From: Salinivirgaceae bacterium
GTDB taxonomy: Bacteria > Bacteroidota > Bacteroidia > Bacteroidales > SZUA-534
DNA: 64,000 nt
Assembly (NCBI GenBank): GCA_017557785.1
Contig: JAFYYA010000069.1
Location: forward strand, 4,288 to 68,287
Direction: 5' to 3'
Shown here: piece by piece, positions 9,504 through 17,438 of the stretch
How the letters are laid out: each line of letters opens with the position of its first letter
Position numbering within the stretch: the stretch's first letter is position 1
Translations under genes and position numbers: made by a program
The notes under the pieces: generated by a model
What the model saw: only the letters and a program-made list of their open reading frames with translations
The model's database searches: none
What the model was told of the DNA's origin: nothing

Positions 9504-9893
9504 ATGAAAACAATCCAAGTCTCCGCCGCCATAATCCACGACAACGCCGGCCGCATATTCGCCACTCAGCGCGGATATGGCGATATGCAGGGCGGTTGGG
9601 AATTTTCGGGTGGCAAGATTGAATCGGGCGAAACGCCCGAAGCGGCTCTGAAACGCGAGATTTTGGAAGAGTTGGACACGCAAATAGTTGTTGAGCAGTT
9701 CATTACCACGGTCGAATACGATTACCCCAATTTCCACCTGACTATGCACTGCTATTGGTGCCGTGTTGCGAGCGGCACTCTGACACTTAAAGAGCACCAA
9801 GCCGCAAAATGGTTGTCGACAAACGAGCTCGACAGTGTGAACTGGCTGCCGGCGGATAAAATCGTTGTGGAAGAAATCAAAAGACGATTGTAG
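9504..9893 (+). CDS. Nudix (deoxy)nucleoside-triphosphate pyrophosphohydrolase, MutT/NudG-like
   Basis: 129 aa with a near-canonical Nudix box, GGKIESGETPEAALKREILEELD, preceded by WEFSGGK. The overall pattern resembles E. coli MutT/NudG. Confidence 0.9.
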   Translation: MKTIQVSAAIIHDNAGRIFATQRGYGDMQGGWEFSGGKIESGETPEAALKREILEELDTQIVVEQFITTVEYDYPNFHLTMHCYWCRVASGTLTLKEHQAAKWLSTNELDSVNWLPADKIVVEEIKRRL

Positions 9894-9942
9894 CCATAAA
9901 AAACTCCACCGACTTGGTAGAGTTTCTCGCGTCCAAACCATA

Positions 9943-11403
9943 TCACAGCCCAAACGATTCTTTTGTCGCTTTTAAAGTATTCTCGCCAACGGTGTAGGCG
10001 TAGCACGCCGAAGGAAGGAACTGCAGACTGCCGTATGGCATTTCTCTTTTCCCTGTTTCGGAAAGCGATGTGACAATGGCGTGCGTCAGGCCGTTCTTTT
10101 TCATAAACTGCTCAAGAGATGTTAACTCCGATGCGGGATTTGCAAATGGCTTGTTTGTCCATTTCACCTCCACCGCCCATTGCGGTTTTTGCCGTGCTTC
10201 GTTTATGCCGACAATATCTACCTCGCCTTTCTTTTTATTACCCTCGTTCCAATTGGCATAAGCAATATTAGCATTTCTAGGAATCCACTGCGCATACACG
10301 GCCGTTTCAACCATATTGCCGATAGCTTCATCGTTCTCGTCAATAGGTTGGAAAAGAGCGCACCGTAGCGACGGGTTGGTGAGATATAGTTTGAACATCA
10401 TCTCCCGGCGGTAATCCTTGGCTGTGTCATCGGCCCTTCGAATCTTTTTCACCAGAAAGGCCGCCTCAAGGTATTGTATATACTTACGTAGCGTATCTTT
10501 CTTAACACCAGAATCTTTCGACAGACCTTCGTATGAGAATTGCGCCCCCGAATGATAGGCTATCATTGTGAAGAGCGAGTTCAGTTCCTGAACGTCAGTT
10601 ATTCCGTACAAACTTGGCAAATCGCGCAGCAGCACTTTATCCACAATGTCGTGGCGGATGAATTGTCCTGGGTTCTCTTGCATGCGTTGCGAGAAAACAA
10701 CCTCTGGATAGCCACCGTAATTGATATAATCGACAAACAGATTGTTCAGTTTTGCAATGTCGATGGTTGTGTTTCCTGTTATGTCCCCATTCGACCACTC
10801 CATTTTTAAAGGAATCATAAGTTGCGCATAGTCTTTCAAGTGCACATACTCAAAGAATGTCAGTGGCGGCAGGCTGAAATCGGTAAAGCGCCCGGCACCA
10901 CTCTCGTCGCTACGCTTCTTCAATTCGGCGGCAGCAGAGCCCGATGCCACAAACTTGACATTGCGGTAGGTGTCAACCAGCGATTTCAGATTAATCTCCC
11001 AATTTTTCAAATACTGAATCTCGTCGAAGAATACATAAAACCGCTCGCTGCTGTCGCTTTTTCCCAATGCCTGTTTGGCAAAATTAAAGAGTTGCTCCAG
11101 CAGTATCTTATTATAAATTGGCGTCTCCACCGATATGTAAATAATGTTTTGCGGCGAAACGCCATCCGCAATCAAGCGCTGAATGGTGTGATAAAGCATA
11201 ACCGTCTTGCCCACACGGCGCGGCCCCATCAGTATGACAGCCCGGCGGATTTCCATATTTGTCACTAACGGATAGAATATGTCGAGATACAAGCGGGGGC
11301 GCATATCCGCATAGTCCTTTGCGATTTGATTCTCCGTCCACCACGGATTGTCCACACGTAGCCTTCCGATAATTTGTTTCTCCAATATCTCGTTGTACAA
11401 CAT
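9943..11403 (-). CDS. AAA_14-type ATPase with C-terminal DUF4143 (PD-(D/E)XK-like) domain
   Basis: Walker A ILMGPRRVGKT and Walker B YVFFDEIQY are present. The C-terminal GEVDIVGINEARQKPQWAVEVKW gives a D...E-x-K nuclease-fold motif. The N-terminal pattern (NPWW...) is typical of this abundant Bacteroidota family. Confidence 0.8.
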   Translation of the reverse strand: MLYNEILEKQIIGRLRVDNPWWTENQIAKDYADMRPRLYLDIFYPLVTNMEIRRAVILMGPRRVGKTVMLYHTIQRLIADGVSPQNIIYISVETPIYNKILLEQLFNFAKQALGKSDSSERFYVFFDEIQYLKNWEINLKSLVDTYRNVKFVASGSAAAELKKRSDESGAGRFTDFSLPPLTFFEYVHLKDYAQLMIPLKMEWSNGDITGNTTIDIAKLNNLFVDYINYGGYPEVVFSQRMQENPGQFIRHDIVDKVLLRDLPSLYGITDVQELNSLFTMIAYHSGAQFSYEGLSKDSGVKKDTLRKYIQYLEAAFLVKKIRRADDTAKDYRREMMFKLYLTNPSLRCALFQPIDENDEAIGNMVETAVYAQWIPRNANIAYANWNEGNKKKGEVDIVGINEARQKPQWAVEVKWTNKPFANPASELTSLEQFMKKNGLTHAIVTSLSETGKREMPYGSLQFLPSACYAYTVGENTLKATKESFGL

Positions 11404-11422
11404 AATATAGATTTTAAGACTA

Positions 11423-11430
11423 CAAATATA
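11423..11430 (-). promoter_or_regulatory. Putative Bacteroidota -7 box (TATATTTG on the minus strand) for the AAA ATPase gene
   Basis: The plus strand reads CAAATATA, 20 nt upstream of the ATG at 11403. It matches the TAnnTTTG consensus and is embedded between 13-nt inverted arms (11408-11420 and 11440-11452, 1 mismatch). Confidence 0.35.
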
Positions 11431-11615
11431 AGCATTTTTGTCTTAATATCTACATTTTCTAAATATTAAACAGAATTTAATCTGCTTAATATTTGCTTTT
11501 TGCCAAAATTAAGCTTTTTTGAGTCGCATTTTGACCTAAAATATAGCCGAAACAAGGCTTGTGAATTTTAGAATATACGCACAAATCATTAATATTGAGT
11601 GGTTTAGATATTAAA

Positions 11616-11651
11616 TATAGATTAAGCTGATTAAAATCCGCTTAATCTATA
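11616..11651. repeat. Perfect 12-bp inverted repeat with a 12-nt spacer
   Basis: TATAGATTAAGC (11616-11627) and GCTTAATCTATA (11640-11651) are exact reverse complements. The 7-mer ATTAAGC/GCTTAAT also occurs at about 11484 and about 11509. Confidence 0.7.
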
Positions 11652-11704
11652 CCGCTTGTCGTCCACCTTTTGCAAAAACCCCTTTCATCTTTCAAAAATC
11701 GCTT

Positions 11705-11712
11705 TACTTTTG
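11705..11712 (+). promoter_or_regulatory. Putative -7 promoter box TACTTTTG driving the riboswitch and TBDT
   Basis: It matches TAnnTTTG and sits immediately 5' of the TPP aptamer. Confidence 0.45.
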
Positions 11713-11714
11713 CG

Positions 11715-11800
11715 GCTCGAAAAGAATGGGGTGCCGCAAGGCTGAGATTATACCCTTTGAACCTGATACGGGTAATGCCGGCGTAGGGATAAGACTCTGA
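11715..11800 (+). promoter_or_regulatory. TPP (THI-box) riboswitch aptamer
   Basis: AATGGGGTGCCGCAAGGCTGAGATTATACCCTTTGAACCTGATACGGGTAATGCCGGCGTAGGGATAAG carries all the conserved TPP blocks: GGGGUGC, GCUGAGA, ACCC, ACCUGAU, UAAUGCC and GCGUAGGGA. A further GACTCT/AGAGTC hairpin follows at about 11793-11818, before the ATG at 11873. Confidence 0.9.
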
Positions 11801-11872
11801 TTTCCAAGAGTCAAAGTATAATTCTTTCATAACCCCCATTTCAATCTTTTTACTAACTAAAAATTTTAAAAG

Positions 11873-14296
11873 ATGAAAAGGGATTTTCTTACAGCAGCAG
11901 CCGTCGTTCTGTCGGCAGCGAGCGCAGTGGCGCAAGAAAGCGCTACAGACACGGTGATTACCGCCGAACAACTGCAGGAAGTTGTGGTGAGCGGTGTCCG
12001 TGCACCGAAAAACGCACCGTTCGCGGTGGCAAACATCAAAAAACAACAGTTAAATGAGTTCTCGACAACGGGCCGCGAATTGCCGTTCCTGTTCTCGCAG
12101 ACGCCAGGCGTTGTGGCGTGGGGCGAAAACGGACTCGGAACGGGCACAACCTATATGCGCATCCGCGGTGCGGGCGACTCGCGCATCAATGTCACCATCG
12201 ACGGTGTGCCGCTCAACTCGCCCGAAGACCAGTGCGTCTTTTGGGCCAATATGAACTCTTACGGCTCGCTGTTGGGCAGCGTGCAGATTCAGCGCGGCGT
12301 AGGCTCGTCGACCAATGGCGACGGCGCTTTCGGCGGCACGGTGGCGCTCTCGTCGGCTTTGCCATCGCTCAAGCCGATGGTTGAACTGTCGGTTTCGTAC
12401 GGCTCGTTCAACACCATCAATTTTGGCGGAAAGGCTTCTACAGGATTGTTGTTCAATGGGTTGATAATCGATGGTGCCTACCACCAGACGCGCACCGACG
12501 GCTTTGTACACGGCACCCAGGCTAACAGCGGCTCGTACTACGGCGGCCTGATGTGGACCATCGACAATCTGCAAATCCGATACAAGAACATCGGCAACTT
12601 TGAGCGCACGGGCCAGGCTTGGAACGGCATCACCGCAGGCGACAACGATTTGAGCCTGATGGACGGCACCTATGGCGCGAAGACGGGCATCAAGACCTAC
12701 GAAGATTTGTGGAAAGTGGGGCTTGGCCGATACAACACTCTGTATGAGACACTTGAGTATGATGAAGATGGCAATTTCAAGCGCGATGCCGACGGCAACT
12801 ATCAGACCGTCCGCTACCAGAAAGACGGCTCGCCGTGGGACCGCACCACCGACAACTTTTGGCAGGACCACAACATTCTTTCACTTGCGTGGAACATCAC
12901 CAACAATCTATCAACTTCGGCATCAGTGCATTACACCTACGGATACGGCTACTACGAAGAGTTCCGCCCGAACAACAAACTCAAGAAATTCGGACTCGAA
13001 AACGTCAAAATAAACGATTCGACATCGGTGAAAAAGACCGATTTTGTTCGTAAGAAGGGGCTGTCGCAGAACACCTACGGACTTGTTTGGAACGTGAACT
13101 ATTCGGCTGACGCTCTTGATATTATCGGCGGTGCGGCGGTGCAGAATTTCAGCGGGAACCACTTCGGCTATCTGACTTATGCCAAAGACGCCACTGTGCG
13201 CCAGACCTATCTGCCTGACGGTGAGCGCAAATACTACGATTCTGATGCCGACAAGTTCGATGGCAGCGCGTTTGTGAAGGCGTCGTACACCATCGGCGAA
13301 AGCCTGACAGTATTCGGCGATGTGCAGTTCCGTCACGTGGGCTACACCACCAGCGGCATCAACGATAAGTTTGTTGAAGGCGCAAACGGCTACGAGAACC
13401 AGCGTCTCGACATCGATGAGACATACAATTTCCTGAATCCGAAGGCGGGATTGAGTTACACCTTTGGCAGCAACCGCGTGTACGCTTCGGTGGCCGTGAG
13501 CCATCGCGAGCCCGAGCGCAACAATTTCACCGACAACGGCTCTTACCCCGCCCCCAAGGCCGAGCAACTAACTGATATTGAAGGTGGTTGGCAGTTCAGT
13601 GGCAAGACCGTGCGCACCGGTCTGAACCTGTATTATATGGACTACACCGACCAGTTTGTGCAGACGGGCGCGCAGAGCGACATAGGCGAGAAACTCACCA
13701 CCAACATCAAAGACTCGTACCGCGCAGGCGCTGAAATTCAGGCTTCCGTTGATGTTACCGAATGGCTAACTATTGAAGGCAACATCGCCTTGAGCATCAA
13801 CAAGATAAAAGACTTTGACGAGTATGTTGAGAATTGGGACGACTGGGAAGGCAACACCGATGCCAACGGCAACCCCTACGACGGCGACGGCTTCGACATC
13901 ATCCACTACGACAACTCAACGCTGGCTTTCTCGCCATCGGCCATTGCAAACGGCTTTGTGAACTTCCACCACAAAGGCTGGCAGGCCGTTTGGCACACGG
14001 GCTACGTAAGCCGTCAGTATCTCGACAACACAGAGAACAACGACCGCTCGCTGCCGGCCTATTCGCTCTCAAACGTTAGTCTGAGTTACACGCTGAAACC
14101 GCAGAAAGTGCTGAAGGAAGCCATCTTCGGACTGAATTTTAACAACGTGTTGAATCGCCACTGCGCCGCCAACGGCTGGGTTTATTCGGCCATCTGCGAC
14201 AGTTACGGCCACCCCAACGACAACCGCTACTACCAAATCGGCTTCGTTCCGATGGCTGGATTCACAATGATGGGCAGCGTGACGGTGAGGTTTTGA
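11873..14296 (+). CDS. TonB-dependent outer-membrane receptor, probably a thiamine/thiamine-precursor transporter
   Basis: 807 aa with a signal peptide (MKRDFLTAAAVVLSAASAVAQE). A plug domain is present (…VVVSG…FSQTPGVVAW…YMRIRGAGDSRINVTIDGVPLNSPEDQ…IQRGVGSSTNGDGAFGGTV), and the C-terminus is a beta-barrel ending in F. The substrate is inferred from the TPP riboswitch. Confidence 0.9.
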   Translation: MKRDFLTAAAVVLSAASAVAQESATDTVITAEQLQEVVVSGVRAPKNAPFAVANIKKQQLNEFSTTGRELPFLFSQTPGVVAWGENGLGTGTTYMRIRGAGDSRINVTIDGVPLNSPEDQCVFWANMNSYGSLLGSVQIQRGVGSSTNGDGAFGGTVALSSALPSLKPMVELSVSYGSFNTINFGGKASTGLLFNGLIIDGAYHQTRTDGFVHGTQANSGSYYGGLMWTIDNLQIRYKNIGNFERTGQAWNGITAGDNDLSLMDGTYGAKTGIKTYEDLWKVGLGRYNTLYETLEYDEDGNFKRDADGNYQTVRYQKDGSPWDRTTDNFWQDHNILSLAWNITNNLSTSASVHYTYGYGYYEEFRPNNKLKKFGLENVKINDSTSVKKTDFVRKKGLSQNTYGLVWNVNYSADALDIIGGAAVQNFSGNHFGYLTYAKDATVRQTYLPDGERKYYDSDADKFDGSAFVKASYTIGESLTVFGDVQFRHVGYTTSGINDKFVEGANGYENQRLDIDETYNFLNPKAGLSYTFGSNRVYASVAVSHREPERNNFTDNGSYPAPKAEQLTDIEGGWQFSGKTVRTGLNLYYMDYTDQFVQTGAQSDIGEKLTTNIKDSYRAGAEIQASVDVTEWLTIEGNIALSINKIKDFDEYVENWDDWEGNTDANGNPYDGDGFDIIHYDNSTLAFSPSAIANGFVNFHHKGWQAVWHTGYVSRQYLDNTENNDRSLPAYSLSNVSLSYTLKPQKVLKEAIFGLNFNNVLNRHCAANGWVYSAICDSYGHPNDNRYYQIGFVPMAGFTMMGSVTVRF

Positions 14297-14313
14297 TGAA
14301 ATTGACATAAAAC

Positions 14314-14343
14314 AAAAAAGGCGGCCTTACGGTCGCCTTTTTT
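14314..14343. terminator. Bidirectional rho-independent terminator between convergent genes
   Basis: AAGGCGGCC-TTAC-GGTCGCCTT forms a hairpin with one G-U pair. It is flanked by an A-run (14314-14319) and a T-run (14338-14343). Confidence 0.65.
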
Positions 14344-14359
14344 ATTATATGGTATAACA

Positions 14360-14968
14360 TTACTTGTTTTCTTCTCGTCGCTGAATCTCATCCCTGATGT
14401 GCGAGGCTTCTTCGTAGTCCTCGTTCGAGATTGACTTGCTGAGCAGTTTTTTCAGTTCCTTCACACTCAGTTTCTCATATTTGTCGGCACCAGTGGCCGA
14501 CGGTTGCGGTTCAGCCTCAGCTTTGGGCGATTCGGGCTGTTTGGCGGACTCGTCAACGGCATTGAAGACAATCCCAGCTTTGTCAATAATCTGCTCTGTA
14601 GTGTAGATGGGGCAGTTACAGCGGATTGCCAGCGCTACAGCGTCCGAGGTGCGTGCATCGATTTTCATATATGAGCCGTTGTTCATACATACGAGCTCCG
14701 AATAAAAAATGCCTTCCTCAAGATGATATATATTCACCTCGGTAATGGTAATGCCGAACGTTTTTGCAAAATTGATAAACAGATCGTGAGTGAGCGGGCG
14801 CGGCGGATGCAGCCGTTCCAAACCAATGGCGATGGCCTGGGCCTCGAACCCGCCAATGACAATCGGAATGCGGCGGTTGCCGTTCTCTTCCGACAGTATC
14901 AGCGCGTAAGCCCCCGACTGGGTTTGGCTGCACGACAGCCCCAAAACTTTGAGTCTAACCTTCGACAT
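14360..14968 (-). CDS. Bifunctional nuclease family protein (DUF151) with a C-terminal UVR motif
   Basis: MSKVRLKVLGLSCSQTQSGAYALILSEENGNRRIPIVIGGFEAQAIAIGLE...RPLTHDL...ARTSDAVALAIRCNCPIYT is the BFN/DUF151 pattern. The C-terminal KELKKLL...NEDYEEASHIRDEIQRR is a UvrB/C-type motif. The start was moved to the internal ATG at 14966-14968. Confidence 0.8.
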   Translation of the reverse strand: MSKVRLKVLGLSCSQTQSGAYALILSEENGNRRIPIVIGGFEAQAIAIGLERLHPPRPLTHDLFINFAKTFGITITEVNIYHLEEGIFYSELVCMNNGSYMKIDARTSDAVALAIRCNCPIYTTEQIIDKAGIVFNAVDESAKQPESPKAEAEPQPSATGADKYEKLSVKELKKLLSKSISNEDYEEASHIRDEIQRREENK

Positions 14969-15171
14969 TTTCTTCGCTATCTGTTGAGCAAATATAAAAA
15001 TATATAACACCAAGAGCCCGCCTGACGGCAATAATTCTGAAAAAGAAATTTATCAACCGCGCAAATTGCTGTATATCAGAAGAATTAACAATCCGAAAAT
15101 AACGTCAAAAAAAATGTGTTGAGAAAATCAGATTAATCGATTCAAATGTTTGCAAGTTGAAAAATACTTTC

Positions 15172-15179
15172 TACTTTTG
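15172..15179 (+). promoter_or_regulatory. Putative -7 promoter box TACTTTTG for rplU-rpmA
   Basis: TAnnTTTG match 37 nt upstream of the rplU ATG. Confidence 0.45.
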
Positions 15180-15215
15180 CCGTCCAAAAGTTATGAAAAT
15201 ATAACACACAAAAGT

Positions 15216-15527
15216 ATGTACGCAATAGTTGAAATTAACGGACAACAATTCAAAGTAGAGAAGGACTCGAAGATTTTTGTTCACCGTTTGGAAGCAGAAG
15301 ATGGCGCAGTTGTCGATTTCGACAAAGTTTTGTTGGTTGACAATGATGGCGACATCAAAGTTGGAACGCCGGTTGTTGACGGCGCAAAAGTATCAGCCAA
15401 GGTGCTGACACAGGTTAAGGGTGATAAAGTGATGGTATTCAAGAAGAAACGCCGCAAAGGTTATCAGAAGATGAATGGCCACCGCCAACAGTTCACTCAA
15501 ATTCAAATTGAAAACATTAAAGCATAA
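15216..15527 (+). CDS. rplU: 50S ribosomal protein L21
   Basis: [25 protein letters not shown]...[28 protein letters not shown]. The start was moved from the ORF-track 15150 to the conserved MYAIV. Confidence 0.95.
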   Translation: MYAIVEINGQQFKVEKDSKIFVHRLEAEDGAVVDFDKVLLVDNDGDIKVGTPVVDGAKVSAKVLTQVKGDKVMVFKKKRRKGYQKMNGHRQQFTQIQIENIKA

Positions 15528-15533
15528 TAAACT

Positions 15534-15794
15534 ATGGCACACAAGAAAGGCGTCGGCAGTTCAAAGAACGGTCGTGAATCAGCAAGTAAGAGATTGGGCG
15601 TTAAGATTTTCGGTGGCCAGGCCGCTGTTGCCGGCAACATCATCGTTCGCCAAAGGGGCACACAGCACCATCCGGGCAACAACGTAGGTTTGGGCAAAGA
15701 CCACACCCTGTTCGCTCTTGTAGATGGCACTGTTTCTTTTGTTAAGAAACGTGACAACAAATCGTACGTATCGGTTATTCCTGCCGAAGCATAG
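15534..15794 (+). CDS. rpmA: 50S ribosomal protein L27
   Basis: [29 protein letters not shown]...[29 protein letters not shown]. Confidence 0.95.
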   Translation: MAHKKGVGSSKNGRESASKRLGVKIFGGQAAVAGNIIVRQRGTQHHPGNNVGLGKDHTLFALVDGTVSFVKKRDNKSYVSVIPAEA

Positions 15795-15885
15795 ATTTTA
15801 ATCAAGAAAGATAAGAAAGGGGCTGACCGTCGTTCGATGGCATCCTCTTTTTTGTTTTATACCACGCAAATAAATACAAATCAAT

Positions 15886-17166
15886 ATGTTAACTCTCAAG
15901 TTAATCCAAGAGAACCGCGATGCAGTCATTGCGGGACTGAAAATCAAAAACTTCGACGCCGAACCGTACATCGACCAGATTCTGGCAAAGGACGACGAGC
16001 GTCGCAACACTCAGAAAGAGCAGGACGACACTCTGGCTCAAATCAATGCAATATCGAAACAGATTGGCCAACTCTTCAAGGAAGGCAAGGCCGCTGAAGC
16101 CAACGAACTGAAGCAGAAGAGCACCGAACTTGGCGAGAAACAGAAGGCTCTGGCCGCAAAACTTGATGCCATCACCGCCGAACTGAACGACATTCTGGTG
16201 CGCCTGCCCAACCTGCCCTACAAACTGGTGAAACCCGGCAAAGGCGCTGAAGACAACGAGATTGTGAAGCTTGTCGACGACAAGATTCCTCATCTGCCAG
16301 CTGACGCCAAACCGCACTGGGAACTGGCTAAAGACTACGATTTGATTGATTTCGAACTCGGCGTGAAAATCACCGGCGCCGGATTCCCCGTTTATAAAGG
16401 CAAAGGCGCAAAACTGCAGCGCGCCCTCATCAGTTTCTTCCTCGAAGAGAACGAAAAGGCTGGATATCTTGAGATTGAGCCGCCTTTGATGGTGAACGAA
16501 GCATCGGGCTACGGCACCGGTCAGCTACCTGACAAAGAAGGCCAGATGTATCACGTCAACCTCGACAATCTGTACCTGATTCCGACGGCTGAAGTGCCTG
16601 TGACAAACCTCTATCGCGATGTGATTGTGTCGTCGAAAGACCTGCCGATTAAGAACACCGCCTACAGCGCCTGCTTCCGCCGCGAAGCCGGTTCATACGG
16701 CAAGGATGTGCGCGGCCTGAACCGTCTGCACCAGTTCGACAAGGTTGAGATTGTATGCATTGAGCACCCGTCGCGCTCATACGAGACTCTGGACAAGATG
16801 GTGGCTCACGTTGAATCGCTTGTGCAAAAGCTGGGCCTGCCCTATCGTATTCTGCGCCTCTGCGGTGGCGATATGAGCTTCACTTCGGCAATGACCTACG
16901 ACTTTGAAGTGTTCTCGGCCGCACAGAAACGCTGGCTCGAAGTTAGTTCGGTATCGAACTTTGAAACCTTCCAGGCCAACCGCCTGAAACTGCGCTTCCG
17001 CGACGAAGAGACAAAGAAAACTCAATTGTGCCATACATTGAACGGCAGTTCGCTGGCATTGCCGCGCATTGTGGCCGCCCTGCTCGAGAACAACCAGACG
17101 CCCGAAGGCATCAAACTGCCGGAGTGCATCCAGAAGTTTATGGGCTGCAGCATGCTGACGAAATAA
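15886..17166 (+). CDS. serS: Serine--tRNA ligase
   Basis: 426 aa with an N-terminal coiled-coil arm. Class II motifs are present: YLIPTAEVPVTNLY, CFRREAGSYGKDVRGLNRLHQFDKVE, TLNGSSLALPRIVAALLENNQ. Confidence 0.95.
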   Translation: MLTLKLIQENRDAVIAGLKIKNFDAEPYIDQILAKDDERRNTQKEQDDTLAQINAISKQIGQLFKEGKAAEANELKQKSTELGEKQKALAAKLDAITAELNDILVRLPNLPYKLVKPGKGAEDNEIVKLVDDKIPHLPADAKPHWELAKDYDLIDFELGVKITGAGFPVYKGKGAKLQRALISFFLEENEKAGYLEIEPPLMVNEASGYGTGQLPDKEGQMYHVNLDNLYLIPTAEVPVTNLYRDVIVSSKDLPIKNTAYSACFRREAGSYGKDVRGLNRLHQFDKVEIVCIEHPSRSYETLDKMVAHVESLVQKLGLPYRILRLCGGDMSFTSAMTYDFEVFSAAQKRWLEVSSVSNFETFQANRLKLRFRDEETKKTQLCHTLNGSSLALPRIVAALLENNQTPEGIKLPECIQKFMGCSMLTK

Positions 17167-17186
17167 TTTTTCGAAAGAGATAAAAC

Positions 17187-17216
17187 AAAGCCCGGCCAAA
17201 TTGGTCGGGCTTTTTT
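17187..17216 (+). terminator. Rho-independent terminator after serS
   Basis: AAAGCCCG...CGGGCTTT hairpin followed by TTTTTT. Confidence 0.7.
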
Positions 17217-17234
17217 ATGTTTATACTGTAGGTG

Positions 17235-17438
17235 TTATCCTTCTTTTTCCGCGTTTTTCCGCTGATTGCGCCTCATCAGAAAGAAAAACAGCGCGGCTAA
17301 TGTCAAGGCAGCGAACAAAAGTGCTTGCGAATAGTTGTGGCGCAGACACTCTTTGACGGTTATGAAAAGACACATGATTGCGGCAGCAAACCAGATGCTT
17401 TCCACTATGCCCCGTGCCGCCTTGGTTATCTTATTCAT
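17235..17438 (-). CDS. Small two-TM membrane protein (hypothetical)
   Basis: 67 aa from ATG 17436-17438, which lies 2 nt after the lptC-like stop. It has two hydrophobic helices and a basic tail. No family recognised. Confidence 0.4.
   Translation of the reverse strand: MNKITKAARGIVESIWFAAAIMCLFITVKECLRHNYSQALLFAALTLAALFFFLMRRNQRKNAEKEG

Noticed and set aside
12050-13567. Long minus-strand ORFs (273 aa and 214 aa) and several plus-strand out-of-frame ORFs within the TonB-dependent receptor gene.
   Set aside because: These are typical shadow ORFs of a GC-rich gene. They have no start context and an arginine/alanine-rich composition. The receptor frame has clear plug and barrel motifs.
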